This document shows positions 48,671 to 61,352 of a stretch of DNA of 64,000 nucleotides, piece by piece. The notes under the pieces were generated by a model that worked only from the letters and a program-made list of their open reading frames with translations, was not told the DNA's origin and did no database searches. Within the stretch, counting starts at the first letter, position 1. The number at the start of each line of letters is the position of its first letter. The position numbers were made by a program, and so were the translations under genes. Origin of the DNA: Lama glama (taxonomy: Eukaryota); assembly GCA_028534125.1 (NCBI GenBank), contig CM052817.1, forward strand, positions 4,032,001 through 4,096,000, in the 5' to 3' direction.

Positions 48671-50684
48671 GAGATAGGACGGAGATTTCTGCTGATTCAG
48701 AGCCCTCCAACTTTAAGATAATTAGGGCAGGGAGAGAGGCGGGATGGAGCCCAGCGCAGGTGACAGGGGCTCTGAGTCGCGACTCTTTAAACTCTTGGCA
48801 GCAATAATTACTGTGAAATGTCCTTAGTGATTCCATCAGTTTGAAGGGCGACCCCCCCCCCCACCCTTATCTCTTACTAATACCCTGGGGACGAGGTGTG
48901 TGTGCAGTGGGGGGGAGGGGGGAAGGGATTGATACGAAATAGAAGATTCTGCAGTCTTTTGATTAAAAAAAATAGTTGTATCAGCAATTTCATAGAAATG
49001 TTTGAAAACTAAGATCTTCTAGGTGTAAATGTTTCAGGCTTGTTCATGTCCCTTCCCACTGATCCTTTTCGGTTCTGGTGCTTTTGGGCTTAAAAAGAAA
49101 AACATCAGAAATGCCTGAGGATCATCAGTCAGCGCTGAGGCTGAGGGGGCTGTTCGCTGCTTCTGTTCTCCACTAGTGGTTAGCTCACCCTCTCAGCCTG
49201 TAAGCCTGTGGCCTCCTGCTCCTTACAGCTGGCAGAAGACACAGCCCAGGGCTCTGTGGCATCCGGCAAGGATGCCCCTTTGTGCTTGTGGTCCCATGCA
49301 CCTACCTGCCGCCACAAGGAGGCCAGGAGCTCTGCAGGGTGCAGGGTGCAGTGTGCAGGGGCGGACTGAGCTGGACCAGCCCTAGTGGTTTCGGTGGCGG
49401 CTGGAGGAAACCACCACGGAGACGCGAGGGGTACGAAGTCAGAGTGCAAGAGACAGACCCCCCACTTACACTTGTATATCTTACCTTCTGTCTGACACCT
49501 CGTGACAGAGGTGCTAGTTCAATCAAGAGAGGGTTCCCACCTCGGGCAGTGCTGGGGCCACCAGGTCCCTGCTGAGAGCTTGGGGTCACTCTGCTGTCAA
49601 ACTCTCTGCCCCATTTCTTCCAAATACTTGATTTAGACCCTTGTTCATTTAAAGATGACACAGCATCTCATCACTTTAGTTTAAGTAAGAAATCAAGTAT
49701 TGAATTTTTTTTCTTTACTCCGGGCATCTGAGAGAAGAGGGGAATGTCACTGATTTAATTTTTTGGCTTAATTAGGACTATTTAGACCAGCAGAAACAAA
49801 GATGTCAGTGTAATTACTATTACCAGGGTGCAAAGCACGATTATGTGAGGTGACCAATCAGAAATTAGAGGTTTTCAAGGCTAAAACCACCAGGAGGTCT
49901 CCTCGCCACCGCTGGGAGGGGAATCCCGGGGAGACCCACAGCTCGCCATACCCCCTGCCCCCGCCTCTTCAAGCCCTTCAAGGCTCCCCATTGCCTATGA
50001 GATGACACTCTTCCCTTGGCTTACGGCCTCTTGCTCGTGCCTTTCTCTGGCTATAGCTCGCCCCGTCTCAGGACCTTTGCACGTGCTATGGTTTCTGCCT
50101 GGAGTCCTCCTCCCTGGTGTCTCACTTCGTTCACTTCCCTGCTCACATGTTCTCTCCCACAGAGACCCCATCCATCCGAATCATCAGCCCCTTCTCTCTC
50201 TCTCCTCCCTTGCTTTATCGTTCCTTCCATTGCTCACCACTGCCTGACGGCATCACAGGCCACTGAGTTTTATTGTGTGTCTCTGGGAGGAGACTGTGGG
50301 CTCCAGGAGGGCAGAGCATTGTGTGGCTCACTGTAGCATCCCAGGACCTCAAACAGTGTCCGGCTTATGGTGGGCGCTCAGTACAGACTGGTTAACTGAG
50401 AGAATGAATGACTGCATGCAGGCACTGGCACGCGGGAGCATCCGATGGCATAAAATGTTTCCAGACACCCTGCAGAGGTGGGCTGAACAGGAGTTGTATT
50501 TCTGGGAAAGACAGTAGCAAGTGTCTTCCTTGGACAAAAGGGAGAACGGGTTCCCAGATGAGGGCGGTCAGGGCCTGGGACAGACCTGGGAAGTGGGATG
50601 TGGGACTTTGTGACCAGGAGGGGCCAGCAGGAAGGACACTCCTGTGAGCCTCTGGGGCCGTGTGATCAGCTCTGCTTTCCTGTG

Positions 50685-51176
50685 TTGTTGTTCATTGAAG
50701 TGCAGTCAGTTACAATGTGTCAGTCTCTGGTGCACAGCACAACGTCTCAGTCATGCATATGCAGACATATATTCGTTTTCATGTTCTTTTTCATTAAAGG
50801 TTATTGTAAGATATTGAATATATTTCCCTGTGCTCTACAGAAGAAATTTGGTGTGTTTTTTTTGGTCTATTTTTATATATAGTGGTTATCATTTGCAAAT
50901 CTCAAACTCCCAAATTTACCCCTTCCCACCCCCTTTCGGGGGTAGCCACAAGATTGTTTACCATGTCTGTGAGCCTGTTTCTTTTGCAGTTGAGTTCATT
51001 AGTGTCCTCTTTTTTCTTTTTTCTTTTTTTTCAGATTCCACATATGAGTGATAGCATATGGTATTTTTCTTTCTCTTTCTGGCTGACTTCACTTAGAATG
51101 ACAATCTCTAGGTCCATACATGTTGCTGCAAATGGCATTATTTTATTCTTTTTCATCACTGAATAGTATTTCATTG
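50685..51176 (-). mobile_element. L1 3' end, antisense (same family type as the 48152 copy)
   Basis: tagcatatggtatttttctttctctttctggctgacttcacttagaatgacaatctctaggtccatacatgttgctgcaaatggc. Confidence 0.88.
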
Positions 51177-52330
51177 GCTGGAAACAGGCCAGCAGGAGGG
51201 CAGCCACGTGGCCGATTCCCATGGGGAAGCTGGACGGGGTGCCAAATGTTTAAATCCCTCGAGACTGGCTATAAATGGCTGCCAACCCACCACCCCATCC
51301 TTTTCCCTGAGCCTCAGGCCTGTCCGCAGCCCAAGTCCTAACGCTTGGTCAGCAGGGACCTTTGTTTCCACCTGGCTCCAGCACCAGGACCACTGCAGGA
51401 TCTGATTTGCCAGTAAGGGTGTTGGTGAGCAGACTGTGGGGCAGACAGCAACAGACATGAGCTTGGAAGTCCTGCTGCATTGCATGGCCACCTCCGTGTG
51501 TCAGGAAGGCCTTGTTTGGGGAGGGGGCAGGTGGAAGGGGACGCTGCCAGGGGAGCCGCTCACTGCCCACTACGTCCCAGACTGGGATCTCCAGCAGGGG
51601 CCGCGAGCTGTTGTCTTCAGAGGCCGGAAAAGCAACTCCCTGTGTGGAGCAACTGGTCTCAGATAACAGCAGGTGGGTGGCAGGCAGCAGGTGGGTGGCG
51701 GAGAGACTGGACTTTGCTACAAGCCCGTGGCAGCTGGAAAGAATGTACCTACAGGCAGGGCTCTACCGTGAGTGCCCAGGACACTGTGAACAGAGGCCCC
51801 GGGGCCAGTTAGAGCCACAAACAGTGCCCAGCCTAGTCCAGGACGGAGTCCAGCACATTCGAGGATGCCCGGACAGCTCACAGTCCTGGTGTCCAGAATC
51901 GCCAGCAGGCGGCAGTAGAGCGCAGCACTTTGAGAGCAGCTGTGGGTTCAGATCCCAGCTCCGCCACTTTCAGCTCTGAGACCTCAGGCATGGCTTTTAG
52001 CCATCCATGCCTCGATTTTCTTGGCTATAAAATGGGCATAATAGTGGTACAAACCTGACATTTTTACTGGGAGATTAGATGAGGTCATGCACAGGAAGGG
52101 GCTCAGCATAGAATCTGGCTTAGAGTAAAGGCTCAGAAATGTTCCAAGGAACATGATTCCTCTCTCTTTGGAGGAGTCATTTGGGCTGGTGTCTGACCTG
52201 TATTTAGTTATAGGTTTGTTGAATGAATGAATGACCCACCATGTGAGTCCAAGGTGGAAGCAGACTCACCTATGGTTCGGACCCCGTGGGTGGGTTTGGC
52301 CCAGTGACATGGTTGTTTCTGTCTCCGCAG

Positions 52331-52500
52331 TGTTTGAAGAGCCGGAGGACCCCAGTAACCGCTCCTTCTTCTCAGAAATCATTTCCTCTGTGTCAGACGT
52401 GAAGTTCAGCCACAGCGGCCGGTACATGCTCACCCGGGATTACCTCACGGTCAAGGTCTGGGACCTGAACATGGAGGCACGCCCAATTGAGACCTATCAG
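52331..52500 (+). CDS. PPP2R2C: PPP2R2C coding exon 7 (170 bp): (L)[19 protein letters not shown]...RPIETYQ
   Basis: Acceptor tttctgtctccgcAG, donor CAG|GTGGGT at 52501; phase 1 to 0. Confidence 0.96.
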
Positions 52501-54611
52501 GTGGGTGCTGTGGTCTGGAAAACCTCAGGGCCCCTCTGCCAGCGGGAGACCCCCAGCCGCCCTTTCTTGCGTTGAGAACTCACATGGAGGGTGGCGTTCA
52601 CAGGCCCGTTTTGCACGTGAAGTCACTGAGGTTTGGGCAATCAAGCAGCGCAGCCCCGGCCGGGTAGCTCAGCTGAGGGCAGGGGTGCCTGCTTGGCTCT
52701 GCTTCCCAGGAACCTGTGTCATTTGTTGGCTCCTGCCAAAGGCAGGGCTGAATTGCCCTGCAATCCAGGGCCCCGGGGACAAAGATGAACATCGTGCTGG
52801 GCTCAGCTGTAGGGTGCAGATGATGGTGTCCCTCTGGGAGCCAGTGTCTGCAGTCCCACCATTAAGGCGGGCGAAGCGCTGCCCTCTCCCAGGGGGCCCC
52901 TTAGACAGTGCGTGCGGGGGCGAGACGGGGGCCTGTTACGTTCACACTCCTCGGCCCGGGCTTTTAAAGCCAGGCATATAGGCTGCCACATGGGACACCT
53001 TCCCAGACAGTCATTTTGTTGTTGTTACGATACATCCAGCTATATTAGAGACTAGAAAACAAAGTGCATGTGAAGTTAAAATAAGGCACGGACTTGAAAG
53101 AAAGGTGCGACCATCTTTAAAGTGCTTTAAAACTGTCCAGTTATGTCTCTAGCTGGGGAAATCTGGGAGGGTTCTTGGAGGAGGCAATATTTGCGCTGGA
53201 CCTTGTAGGATGAGTAGGATTTGGTCATGGAGATGTGACTGGGGAAACGCCCCACCGGAAGCCCCAGCCAAAGCCTCAGTGTCACCAGCTGCTTGGGCAC
53301 ACACGGGGAGCCAGTCACACACATCTGTCACCTCTATTCCTTATTGCCCCTGTGCGGGGCGTGCCGTGGGTCCCACTTGGCAGAAAGGGGACCGAGGGCA
53401 CTGAGAGGTTAGGGTGTGCAGGAGCGGCCTCAGAGCTGAGGGGTGACAGACCCAGAGCCCAGTGGAAGCCCTGCAGCCCCCTCACCCCGCCTTCCTTCTC
53501 TGCCCAAGCCTGGGGCAGGGGGTGTCCAGGGAGGCAGAAGGGGCCCCACTGAGAAGCGGCGCAGAGCTGAGCGGGAAGGACCGGGTGCTCAGAGTCTGAC
53601 CTGGGACACATGTGCTCCTGGCAGCCAGTGCCCACAAGGACGTCCCCGCGGTTCTAGTGTGTTCTCCCGCCCCCCAGCTCCTACTTCTTCCTCAGGACGG
53701 ATTCGTGAGCAGGCCTTTTTGGGAGCCACAAGTGTTTCCTCCACTTCTAACCCAAGCAGGCCCCTTGCTCCCACTGACACCCCAGGGAGGGATCGGCCTC
53801 TCTTCTGACCCTCAGGAAGGGCAGAGGCCAGAGACGGGGGCAGGAGTGACGTCACCCTTGCTCAAGCCTATGGGACTGACCATTCCCAGCATCCTCCCAG
53901 GGCTTGCCCCAGGGCGTTACTGTTTCCAGTCCCTTTTGCCGTTCAGCCTTTCATGTTCCGATAGTCAGCAAAGGACCATGGATCCTGAAATGAGGGGCAG
54001 TGTTTAATACGGGTATTTTGCGGGGAGAGAGTCCAGAGTCTTCAGAGTCCCAAAGCACAAGAGGACCCAGTAAAGGGGGAGAGTCACTGCTCTGCAGGAC
54101 GAAGCCCAAAGCTGGGTGCTTGGCTTCCGGCCCAGCTCACCTGTCGATTATAAAATAATATGTTACATAAAGCAAACATAATAGCTAACGTATTTTAGCT
54201 ATTATGTGCTAGAAATTGTGCATAGCAGGATTGTGTTTAGCTGACTTGCAGTACTGAACAGATAGGGGATTTTCTTCCTTCACAAGAAGCTTGGAGGAGA
54301 GTATCCAGGAACAGTGAGTGGCTCCGTGATCTGCTCAGTATCTCAACAACTACTTCTGTCATCTAGTTCACAGCTATTTTTGTGTTGGTTTTCTACCTTC
54401 ATGTGTGTTACCTCATGATGGCAAAATGGCCGCCACACCTCCAGGAAGTATGCCTACATTCCAGGCAGAAAATTAGAGAAAATGTGGGCCAGTTAGATCT
54501 ATTACATGTTTTATTGGGAGCACAAAAGCTTTCCCAGAACACTCCTCAGAAGACTTCTTACAACCATTGGCTAGAATGAGTCCATGATCAGACTGAGAAA
54601 ATGAATAGTTT

Positions 54612-54734
54612 TTTTTTTTACATTTTTATTGATTCATAATCATTTTACAGTGTTGTGTCAAATTCCAGTGTTCAGTACAATTTTTCAGTCATACATGGAC
54701 ATATACACACTCATTGTCACATTTTTTTCTCTGA
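54612..54734 (-). mobile_element. Short 5'-truncated L1 3' end, antisense, inserted into an MLT1 relic
   Basis: Poly(T) head; 14-bp TSD aaaatgaatagttt at 54598-54611 and 54735-54748. Confidence 0.75.
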
Positions 54735-56507
54735 AAAATGAATAGTTTATAGCCTCTGTGGTTGATGGAGGCAGGAGAGAAAGGGGTAGGCAGGGGGTGT
54801 TGATTGATCCAGCCCTCAGTATGTGCAGTATTGATTTAAGTCCTTGGCACACTTTTCATCTTCTCAGCCTCCCAGCTGCCTGGGTGGTGGGACCTGTGTT
54901 CTCCCTCTCCCATTTTATTTGGTGAAAACTGAGTTAAATGGTGTATCTGATTTAAATGGTGGTAGAGTAGCAGGCAGCCGACTAGACTGGTCTTTATTAC
55001 TGCAGAGCTCACCCTCTTCCCTACCCAGCCACCAGCGGGCAGGAGGCACTCTGTATATAGGAGAGAGAAGCACATGTGTTAGGACCAGTGCATCAGTGAG
55101 GCTGTCATGATGATGCAAGGAGCATGCACACAAATGCAGACCTGGAGGGCTGAACACAAGCATCCTACAGTCTGTTCAGGGAATGAAGTCAGGCACCTGG
55201 GATGACCAAGTCATCCCCTTTCATCTTGGTCATTGCACACCCTGGGCAGGCGCTCTGTACCGGGCTAGACCCTGGGCTCAGAGGGAAGGAGGAGCTGCGG
55301 CCTCACCCTCAAAGGTCCCAGACAACAGGAGCACAGTGGACCAGAGCCTGGTGTGGCTGCGGGCCAGGAGACTCACCAGGGAGACCGTGGGGCTGGGCTC
55401 CTGGGGGTGGGGGCACCTGTCTGAAAGGGGGAGGCTGCCCGGAGCTGAGTTTTTCAAGATGAGTAAGAGGTTCTGAGAGAGAAAAGGATGCAAGCCTCCT
55501 TTTCCTTCCCCTGCCCTCCCTATACTTGATCTCTGGTTTGTGGGCCAGTGCCGCTGCCCAGCAGGGGTGCACATTTCTTTCTCTCCCTCCCTCCGAGTTA
55601 ATCAGAGCTGCAGATACCTACAGGATGCTCTGCCCAGAGTTCGTCTCCTTGAACACTCGCACTCTTCTCCAGGGGAGGAGGCTCATGACCCTCTTTCCTA
55701 ATGGGAAACCTGAGGCTCATAGTGGCTATGTGACTCTCCTGGGTCACACAGTAAGGGCAGAGCCAGGAGTTCAGGCTTCGTGTTACCCATTCGCGGGCCC
55801 CTTCCCCCACACAGAGGGCGGGGCCGCGTCCCTGCAGAGAGCCAGCACCTGGGAGCCCTCCAGGCACAGAGCCCGTGGGATCGGGCTGCAGGCTGTGGCC
55901 GCCAGTCATAGGGCACTACTGTCTCCCCTGCGGTGTCAGGTCACCCTGGGAGAGGGTCCCAGTCTTTCACTTGCAAGCTGTGTGAGTTTGGGTCAGTTAC
56001 TTAACTTCTCTGAGCTTCAGTGTCTCATAAAACAGGACAGGTGGCATCTGCCGAGATCATTAAGATGACTGAATTTTCCTTCCTCTTTTCTCCATGATGG
56101 TCACCATCGTGCTTCTGGTGACGATGGTCCCCAGAAGGCATGACCCTGAACCAAGCGGTCTCCTACCGGTGGTCCCAGAACAGCCCATGAGGTCTGCCCT
56201 CTTTTCACCCTAAGAAGGTGAAGCCAAGAAGCCAAGGCTCAGAGAGGTGAAGTCACTTGTCCAGGATCACACAGCCATGGAGGGGCAGAGCCAGGATTTG
56301 GTTCTCTCTGATGTTGTTCCCTTTGTCACTGTGACTGTCCCCTCTCTGGCCACAGCTCAGGGGTTGGCCACGTGCGGGGCTGAGTCGGGAGTGCGATCCA
56401 GACCCGGGAGGGCACAGCCCTGCTCGGTGAGCCCCTCCTCGTGGAGGGAGGCCAGGACTGTCGGGGTGCACCCCTCCTTGATTCACCCCGTCTGCTTCTC
56501 TCACCAG

Positions 56508-56599
56508 GTCCACGATTACCTTCGGAGCAAGCTCTGCTCCCTGTATGAGAATGACTGTATTTTTGACAAGTTTGAATGCGCCTGGAACGGGAGCGACAG
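56508..56599 (+). CDS. PPP2R2C: PPP2R2C coding exon 8 (92 bp): [30 protein letters not shown](S)
   Basis: Acceptor ctgcttctctcaccAG, donor CAG|GTAACC at 56600; phase 0 to 2. Confidence 0.96.
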
Positions 56600-57153
56600 G
56601 TAACCCCAGACCACCAACCCCATCCTGCCTAACTAGGGTCTTTCTGCCCAGTGGAGCCAGCTTGTCACCTGGGCGGAATGCATCGTGAGGTTCACTGTTC
56701 TCAAGCCTGATGAATCAAGGTGCTCCCAGGAGGCCCAGCCTTTCTTATAGAAGGTTCGAGCTCTCAGCTCTCAAGTTCAAGTGCAGAAATGAAACTTCAC
56801 CTTCTGAGACCACACCTAGTGTCCACGCGGAGCCCCTTCTCCTGAGTGGCAGTGGAGACATCTTCAGCCAATTCCAGGCCCCTCATCACAGCCCCTTCCC
56901 CAGGTTGTCAGGGGTGAGAGGTGCTCCTGGTGCCCAAGCCCCAGGGGCAAAGGGCTTTAGCCACTGGTCTATGCCCCCTCCAGCCACTATGGCTGTAGCT
57001 TCAGGCCCAGCGGGGCTCTAGGGACCACTCACAGCTCCTGCACATTCTGGGGCCGGGGGACTTCTGCAGTGGCAGCCGCCCTCACAGCCCCATCCCCCTG
57101 GGAAATGGCCCTGAGGCTGATGTGAGTTCCTGTTTCCCCATCACCTGGCTCAG

Positions 57154-57240
57154 CCCAGGGCAGGTGTGGACAGGGAGCCCCAGGGCAGGTGTGGACAGGG
57201 AGACCCAGGGCAGGTGTGGACAGGGAAGACACAGGGCAGG
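57154..57240 (+). repeat. 25-bp minisatellite, about 3.4 copies (cccagggcaggtgtggacagggag[c/a])
   Basis: Units start at 57154, 57179 and 57204, plus a partial copy. Confidence 0.9.
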
Positions 57241-57983
57241 GACCCCGGTGATCAGACAGGGATGAAAACCATACCGGCTAATGTATCAGGTTGTCACCCA
57301 CCACACTTCACAGTCGGAGCTGGTTTGGTGGGTGAGAAGGGGTGGAGTGAAAGCCGGCAGCCTTCGACTCAGCTGCCGCCAGGGGTGTGTCCATCCCATG
57401 GACCCCGTCAGTCACGCGTGTCTGGCCAGAGGCAGGCCGGGCTCTCCCCAAGTTCTGAGCGTGGCTGGTGCTGCCCTGGTCCTATGAGAGCTTCTGTGCC
57501 GTGTGGCTCTGGGCACAGGCACACTGGGACCGGCAGAGAAGGCGGGTGGGGGAGGGGGGCCAGGAACCACAGAGACAGGACCTGGAGGGAGGGGACCCTT
57601 TCAGGGGCCCCAAGTGGAGCCAAACCACCGTGTCCCAGGGAGGGGGACTTTCTGGAGCTGCTGCCGACACCCTGGGCTCACCTGGGCCTTGGGGTCTCCG
57701 GGCACGGCAGTGATCACATCAGAGGGACCAGCATGGTGGGCACGGGGGTGCGGGGGAGGGTCCACTGAAGGTCACTTAGAAACTCAGATGGAGGGCCTGG
57801 CCTGGGACTGGGCTGACACAGCTGGGTCAGAGGGGACACAGGGCACTCCCTGCAGGGCCTGCGCCCAGGCTGACACACTGGGGGTTCCCCGGCGAACACG
57901 GGTAGCAGGTCTTGGGATGGAAGTTCTATCAGAATCTCAGAAAAGGGACTTATTTCCGGCCAGAGGGGATTCCAGCATTACTC

Positions 57984-58033
57984 TGTGTGTGTGTGTGTGT
58001 GTGCGTGTGTGTGTGTGTGTCTGTGTGTCTGTG
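57984..58033 (+). repeat. Imperfect (TG)n microsatellite
   Basis: tgtgtgtg...gcgtgtgt...ctgtgtgtctgtgt. Confidence 0.9.
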
Positions 58034-58081
58034 TTGGGCTCCCTACTGGTGGTGAATGCCGTCGGCCTTGCCTCCACGTCA

Positions 58082-58096
58082 CCACCAGGGGGCGCC
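58082..58096 (+). promoter_or_regulatory. CTCF motif
   Basis: CCACCAGGGGGCGCC matches the canonical CTCF core. Confidence 0.7.
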
Positions 58097-60405
58097 CATG
58101 CATAGGGGATGCAGAGCTCCCAGAGACCTGAACTCCCAAGTTCTTCCTGGAGGACAGGTGCCCAGCGTGGAGCTCAGCTGTCCGGCCTCTCACCCACCAC
58201 TTACCGCCATGCGTTTCACATGCCAGCTGCCCCAGCCCTGGTGGTCCCTGCCACCCCCTCCACAACCCACTCTGCTCCCACCCCCTGGAACCCAGCCCAC
58301 ACTGCACCTGGCTCACTCCTGCTGTCACCTTGCTTTACTGACTCAACTCAAGGCCACCTCCCCCAGGAAGCCCTTGGGATCCTCTCTTCCTTGACCACCT
58401 TCCACCCCGGCCTCCTGGGTTTTCCTTCTGTGTCTTTGCATTTATTCCATGTGTTCACCTTGCGTCTGTTTGCCTTCCCCACTGGTTGGGGTGCCCCTGG
58501 GAGTGGGACTGTAGCTCAGCCCATCCTGAACCCCTCACTTGGAGCCTCAGGAGTGTCCAGTCGATAGCCATTAACATTCTGGGAGGCACAGGGTATACCA
58601 CCTCCTTCCACTTCATTGAAAGCATTCTATGAGCCTGGCATACCTCACAGAAGAGGATAAAGCCTGGGCCCTGCCTTCCAGGAGCTCAGAGGCTAAGGGC
58701 AGAAGCAAGTTTTGTCCTCCAGGGACCCCATCCTCACAGACCAAAGCAAACCTTTGAATCCCTCAGGCTCAGCGTGTCCTGGCCTGCTCATGTTCATGGG
58801 AAGCTTCCGGGGTCCGGGCTGTGTAGAAGGCAGCATGGAGCTAGTGGATATCTGACAGCCCTCGCAGCGTCCCTTACCCAACTCCAGCAAGACTTAGATG
58901 GGCAACCCGGGGGCGAAGAGAGGGCAGCAGCTCTGGGGGCAGACGCCCTCTGGACTGCACTCCAGCTGCATGCCCTAACAAGCCTCCAGGCCTCTCTGAG
59001 TCTGCTCACCTGGAAAGCGGTTCTAATAAACCATGACTTTCAGGGGCTGCTTTGAGAATGAGACCCTGTGTGTGAAGCTCTTGGCGAGGCCACGGCTCCG
59101 TATTGGCAGCAGATAGCCCGATGATTTGCACACAGGGGTCTGTTGTCTGTCTTGTCTGAAAGAACCCGGCCGAGCCTCCAAGACCCACGTTAAATGCCAC
59201 CTCCTCTAGGAAGCTCTCCTTGATCTCTTCTGCCTGGGAGGAAGGGATTTGTGTCTTCCAGTTGCAGGAATCAGACAAGCCTAAGCTTGCTCTGAGGAAT
59301 TCCAGGCAAGGCTGCCCCAGGACTCACGCTGGGCCTTTGGGGCCATCCCCTCTCTGTCCACTCCCATCTCTGTGCCTCCCTGCTTCTTCTTACTCATTAG
59401 CCTCATCCTCTCCCACTGCAAATGGCTCCCCCTTGCTGTTAGGGACAGCGACCCCAAATAGCCCACAGTCCCTCTCCTGGGTCTATGAACATTCTCATGG
59501 AAGGATCTGATTGGCTTTGTTTGGGTCACATGCTCACTTTGGGCCAGTCAGCATGGACATGATTATCGCAGGCCACAGCTGGCCAGCGGTGGGGCAAGGT
59601 GGAGCACCATGATTGACAGACCCTCTGGAACCACAGGGGTGGGGCAGGCGCCTTTCCCCAGAGGAAGAGGAGAGACGGGACAAGTGCAGCCTGGGTCGTG
59701 ATCCCCACGATGCAACTTGCCTAGATGCCAGCCAGGGCAGGGACTGCCCTTTTCCCTGTTGAAAGAACCTTCTGGAATGTTAGAGAACACTTCAGAATGG
59801 GAGCAGTGGGCCACTCTGTCCTGGCAGTGTCTGCAGGGTGCTGGGACCTGGTGTTCCCAGATGAAAGAGACTGCCCCTCGCCGCAGGTGTGGGAGGGGGC
59901 TCCGTCCTCCCCAGAGGTGTCAGCTGGACCCTGCGCCCGCATGGAAGGAGGACTGGCCACTGCACGGGCTGCAGATGACTTTAAGATCTCACTCTCCCTT
60001 TCCCGGCGGCTCAGGAAAAGCCTGGGTGTTGTGTGAAAACGCCCACAGGGTTCCGCGAGCTGTTCCCCAGAGAACCAGGACCAGCTGCCTTTCTCTCTGG
60101 GAACCCATCACCCACTCTCTCCTCCAGCCCCCTCCCTAGTCTGGGGCTCCCTGTCACAGACGGCCCAGTGGGGCTTCAGGCCACACGGATGGTTAGAACC
60201 CAGAAACACCGGTTAGCATTTAATACACACAGGAGGCGGGATTTACTGAGCCCAGCACTGCTCTCAAGTGTTTTACCGTGTTATCTAATCCATGCTCACC
60301 AAGGGCTGGGGTCCTTCGTTACCACATTTTATAGGTAGGAAAGCTGCCCAGAGAGCTAGGAAGCGCGTCAAGGGCAGAGCTGAGATCTGGACCCGGATGG
60401 CGGAC

Positions 60406-60465
60406 CCCGTCCGTACTGCCTGCCCTTGGGGCACACCCGTCCACACTGCCTGCCCTTGAGCGCAT
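60406..60465 (+). repeat. 30-bp tandem duplication followed by (TGCCTT)n
   Basis: cccgtccgtactgcctgcccttggggcaca / cccgtccacactgcctgcccttgagcgcat. Confidence 0.8.
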
Positions 60466-61309
60466 GCCTTTGCCTTTGCCTTTGTCTTTGGGCCCAAGAA
60501 AACCAGGTGGAGAGAGAACGGTCTGTGTCCGCATCTTGACAGTGAGGCCAGTTAGCAGCCCCAGGTCAGCCAGCATCGGGGCCCCTGTCCAGCTCCTGGA
60601 CCCAGGCTGAGCTGGTGGACTCCACCTTTTCTGTCTGTAGAGCTGCTCCAGGCCCAGGGAGGGGAGGCCTTGGCCCTTGGGGCTCTCAGATTCCCCCCTA
60701 GCCTGTGAGATTGGAAACCAGAGCTCACCCCACCCCCAGGCTGCTGTGCCCACCCCCAGCCGGGCTGGTGTGATTTTCCAAGCTCCCAGGTGGGTCTGCG
60801 CCCCTCGAGGCGACCCCTCTCCTGCACAGGCTCTGAGAGCGACCACCACACAGGACAACGTGAGAGCCCTACCCGCACAGCCCGGCACAGGGAGGGGGAG
60901 CCGAGGGAGGGTGGGAGCCCCGGCTCTCCCTGGGGGGGAGAGAGTCCACCTGCTCCTGCCGCTGCCTCAGCAGTGTCCCCCAGTGTCCCCGGGCTGCACC
61001 GTGGGTAATCAGGGAGGGCTGTGGAAGGAGCGAAAGCAGGAGTCCCTCACTCATGAAGGGGCCCACCTGGCTCCATCCACACTGACCTCCTGCGTGTAAG
61101 TCCCTGTGCCATGCTGGCAGGGGCCCTCTCTGTGACCCAGCCTGACGCCAGTGGACATCAGCCATGGGGGTGACGGGGAGCACCTGGCAGGGTCACGGGC
61201 AGGCCCTCCTCTTGTCCCCCGAACAAAACAGGCCTGATGGGGATGCTGCCCTGAGTCGGGAGGTCAGAGTTTATCCTGGCTGGTGATCCCTGGGGGCAAG
61301 TGCCCCCCC

Positions 61310-61310
<1 letters not shown>

Positions 61311-61350
<40 letters not shown>
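61311..61350 (+). repeat. (AC)20 microsatellite
   Basis: Uninterrupted AC dinucleotide run. Confidence 0.95.

Positions 61351-61352
<2 letters not shown>

Larger units (their letters stand above)
16330..56599 (+). other. PPP2R2C: PPP2R2C (PP2A B55-gamma regulatory subunit, WD40 propeller): span of visible coding exons; gene extends beyond both window ends
   Basis: Spliced exons encode B55-family peptides with residues I recall as gamma-paralog specific ([56 protein letters not shown]). Splice phases are mutually consistent apart from the missing exon 4. Confidence 0.96.

Noticed and set aside
56475..56507. U12-like branch sequence TCCTTGAT before exon 8
   Set aside because: The matching donor is GTGGGT (U2-type) and a normal pyrimidine tract is present.
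57154..57240. CRISPR-like repeat array
   Set aside because: Head-to-tail units with no unique spacers, in a mammalian intron.
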